A stretch of DNA of 64,000 bases, from positions 930,001-994,000 of the forward strand of contig MU062317.1 in NCBI GenBank assembly GCA_013265495.1, written 5' to 3'. The stretch comes from Vicugna vicugna (Eukaryota). This document shows, in pieces, positions 62,152-64,000 of the stretch. A model generated the notes under the pieces. That model did no database searches. It was not told where the DNA came from and worked only from the letters and a program-made list of their open reading frames with translations. Each line of letters begins with the position of its first letter. The first letter of the stretch is position 1. Both the position numbers and the translations under genes were made by a program.

Positions 62152-62236
62152 TACCCAATTTACAGATCCGGAAACTGAGGCGCTGGGAAGCCAGACCTGC
62201 CGCAGGGGTGGCTTCGGGACTGAAAGCCAGGTCTGA
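62152..62236 (+). mobile_element. MIR SINE fragment
   Basis: cccaatttacagatccggaaactgaggc...aagccaggtctga. Confidence 0.6.
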
Positions 62237-64000
62237 TGAGCTGTGGCCTCTGGTCTGGCTCTGAGCCCGGAGCACGGGTCCCCCCGACTCAGATGGGCGG
62301 GTGAAACGTGCAGACCTCAGACGCCTGACTTTCATGAAGCTGACTTGCTCCTGAGGTCCCAAACTTGAGTTTTCTTGGTAAGAATGAGCAGGAAAGTCTC
62401 TCCGTGCTGCGCCAAGTGCCCCCACTCAGATCAGGACCAGGCTGGGAGAGGACTGGGTCCGAAGGGAGGGGTCCGAACGGCAGGGTTGTGAGACCCCGCG
62501 GCAGGGACATCACAGACGGGTCCTGGGGGTTTCCGTCTTACGCGGACAGCTCAGCTCTGTGACCGCAGACCCACCAGCAGCAGTTGTGAGCTCCCCCAAA
62601 ATGGTCCCATTCCAGGTCCTTGAACCCGAGGGGTTGGCCACCGGGAGGGGCATGGGCAGAGGGCGAGGGCCGCTTCCCAGGCTCGGCGTTGGCTGGACGA
62701 CGCACTTGCAGAGATGACAGGCCCACCTGTCAGAGTCCGAGTGGGACCAGGGACACGACCCCTGCAGGGCACTTGTCCCGGGCAGGGCGGTGGCAGGTGG
62801 CCCAGGAAACACCAGCCCCCACCGGTCCCCGACACCACTTTAACCATTTTGGCACGTTAATCCAATTAATCATCTCTACATTTTAAACCAATTTCTTCCT
62901 ATTAACCCAGCCGTCAGAGCTGTATTTCAGTGGGGTCTCAACCAGAGTTTGGAAGCACACGGTGGGGGAGGGGGACCGGGGGCCGGGGGCGGGGGAGGGG
63001 ATCGCTCCCCACCCATTTGTCTTCTTTCTCTGGACTTCTCATTTTTCATGCTTCAGCAGATTTCCTAATTTTCCTCATTAGCGACTAATTCACACATCTC
63101 AACAGTCCTTCCACCTGTTCCTTTCACGGTGGCGCTTGCGAGCTGTGGCGTGGCCCCTTGCTCACTTACGTGACGCCCGCGCTGGTGCCCGGCAGACGCG
63201 GGGTGAGGGCACAGAAGGCTGGCACAGGTGGCACCTTCCGTGACTCCAGCAGCTCAGCCGGCCGCCCGCCCCTAGCACCAGCTTGACCCCCTTGGCGACG
63301 AGGACCTGCACCCTCTCCTCCTGCCTCCAGGCCCCCAGCAGGACCCCCAGTTCCTGGCGGTGCATGGGGTTTCCACAACACGAGTCCCTCCTCTTTTAAG
63401 GGGAAGCCAAAGGCCACCAGTGACGCTCTCAGGGGCTGCATCCTCGCAAAGGCCCCGTTTAACGAGAGCCCGGCCTGCATGGCAGCCAGGCACCTGGCAG
63501 CACATTTGCGCCGGGTCCACCGTGGGCCTGAGGACTCACTCCTTCTGAGAATTATCCAGAGGCACTCTCGGAAAGCTGCAGAGTACCCACCACGGCAACA
63601 CCTGGCCCGTGGCACCTGGAGTGAGCCTAGGGAGCCTGCGAATAACCCCGTGACGTGGGCCACCAGCCACATCGACAGCGCGACAGCCTGGCTTCTCAGC
63701 CGTCCTTGGGAGCTGTTTCTCGTTACTTGCTTGCATCAATTTGATTTTCTCGGCTAAGTGGAAGGTTGTGGGAAAAGCTGGGTTTGGAAATCCATGATTT
63801 CCTGGCAGTTAATGAATTTCAGCCAAACGGAAAGCAAGGTGAGGCTCCACTGCAGCCACAGAGTCAGACACAGGAAGGACCAGGGGCAAAGAGGGGGCCC
63901 CATCCTGCCATTCCAGCCCCCCTCGGAAGCCCTCAGAAGACCCTCTCCTTGGCATGTCTCAGCTTGCATCTAACAGAGTGTGCAACACACCTGTGGTGCA

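Larger units (their letters stand above)
48306..64000 (-). other. PRDM16: PRDM16 intron 1 (3' ~15.7 kb)
   Basis: It lies upstream of the exon 2 acceptor. Exon 1 (MRSKARARKLAK) is not in the window; intron 1 is over 100 kb in mammals. Confidence 0.85.

Noticed and set aside
63161-63172. Strong minus-strand donor-like CAC|GTAAGT suggesting a cryptic or alternative exon
   Set aside because: I saw no convincing matching acceptor or conserved reading frame, and such hexamers occur by chance in 64 kb.

Overview
This is mammalian, GC-rich genomic DNA, not prokaryotic. The window lies inside the PRDM16 gene, which is transcribed on the minus strand. The only coding sequence I can support is the 350-bp coding exon 2 (47956-48305, minus), encoding the N-terminal part of the PR/SET domain, with canonical AG/GT splice sites and a branch point. 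Positions 48306-64000 are the 3' part of intron 1 and 1-47955 are intron 2; I did not find exon 3 by eye. One young tRNA-derived SINE with an 11-bp target-site duplication resembles the camelid Vic-1 family as I recall it, so the animal is probably a camel, alpaca or llama. The other recognisable mobile elements are ancient (L1M 3' ends, MLT1 LTRs, MIR, L2), and several look shifted towards G/C. The introns contain many AT-rich islands dense in homeobox, SOX, FOX and GATA motifs, typical of enhancers around developmental regulators. There is also a 66/70-bp two-variant minisatellite near the exon 2 acceptor, a ~460-bp purine-pyrimidine tract, a ~720-bp (TGGA)n tract and a 130-N assembly gap. 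All other ORFs in the track look like by-products of high GC or simple repeats. I found no new protein-coding or RNA system. The best leads are regulatory: a MEF2/GATA-EVI1/NKX/PBX motif cluster just inside intron 2, the minisatellite, a candidate intragenic promoter near 50.1-50.8 kb, and small duplicated motif cassettes. Motif hits were read by eye and repeat consensus sequences recalled from memory; nothing was computed or searched.
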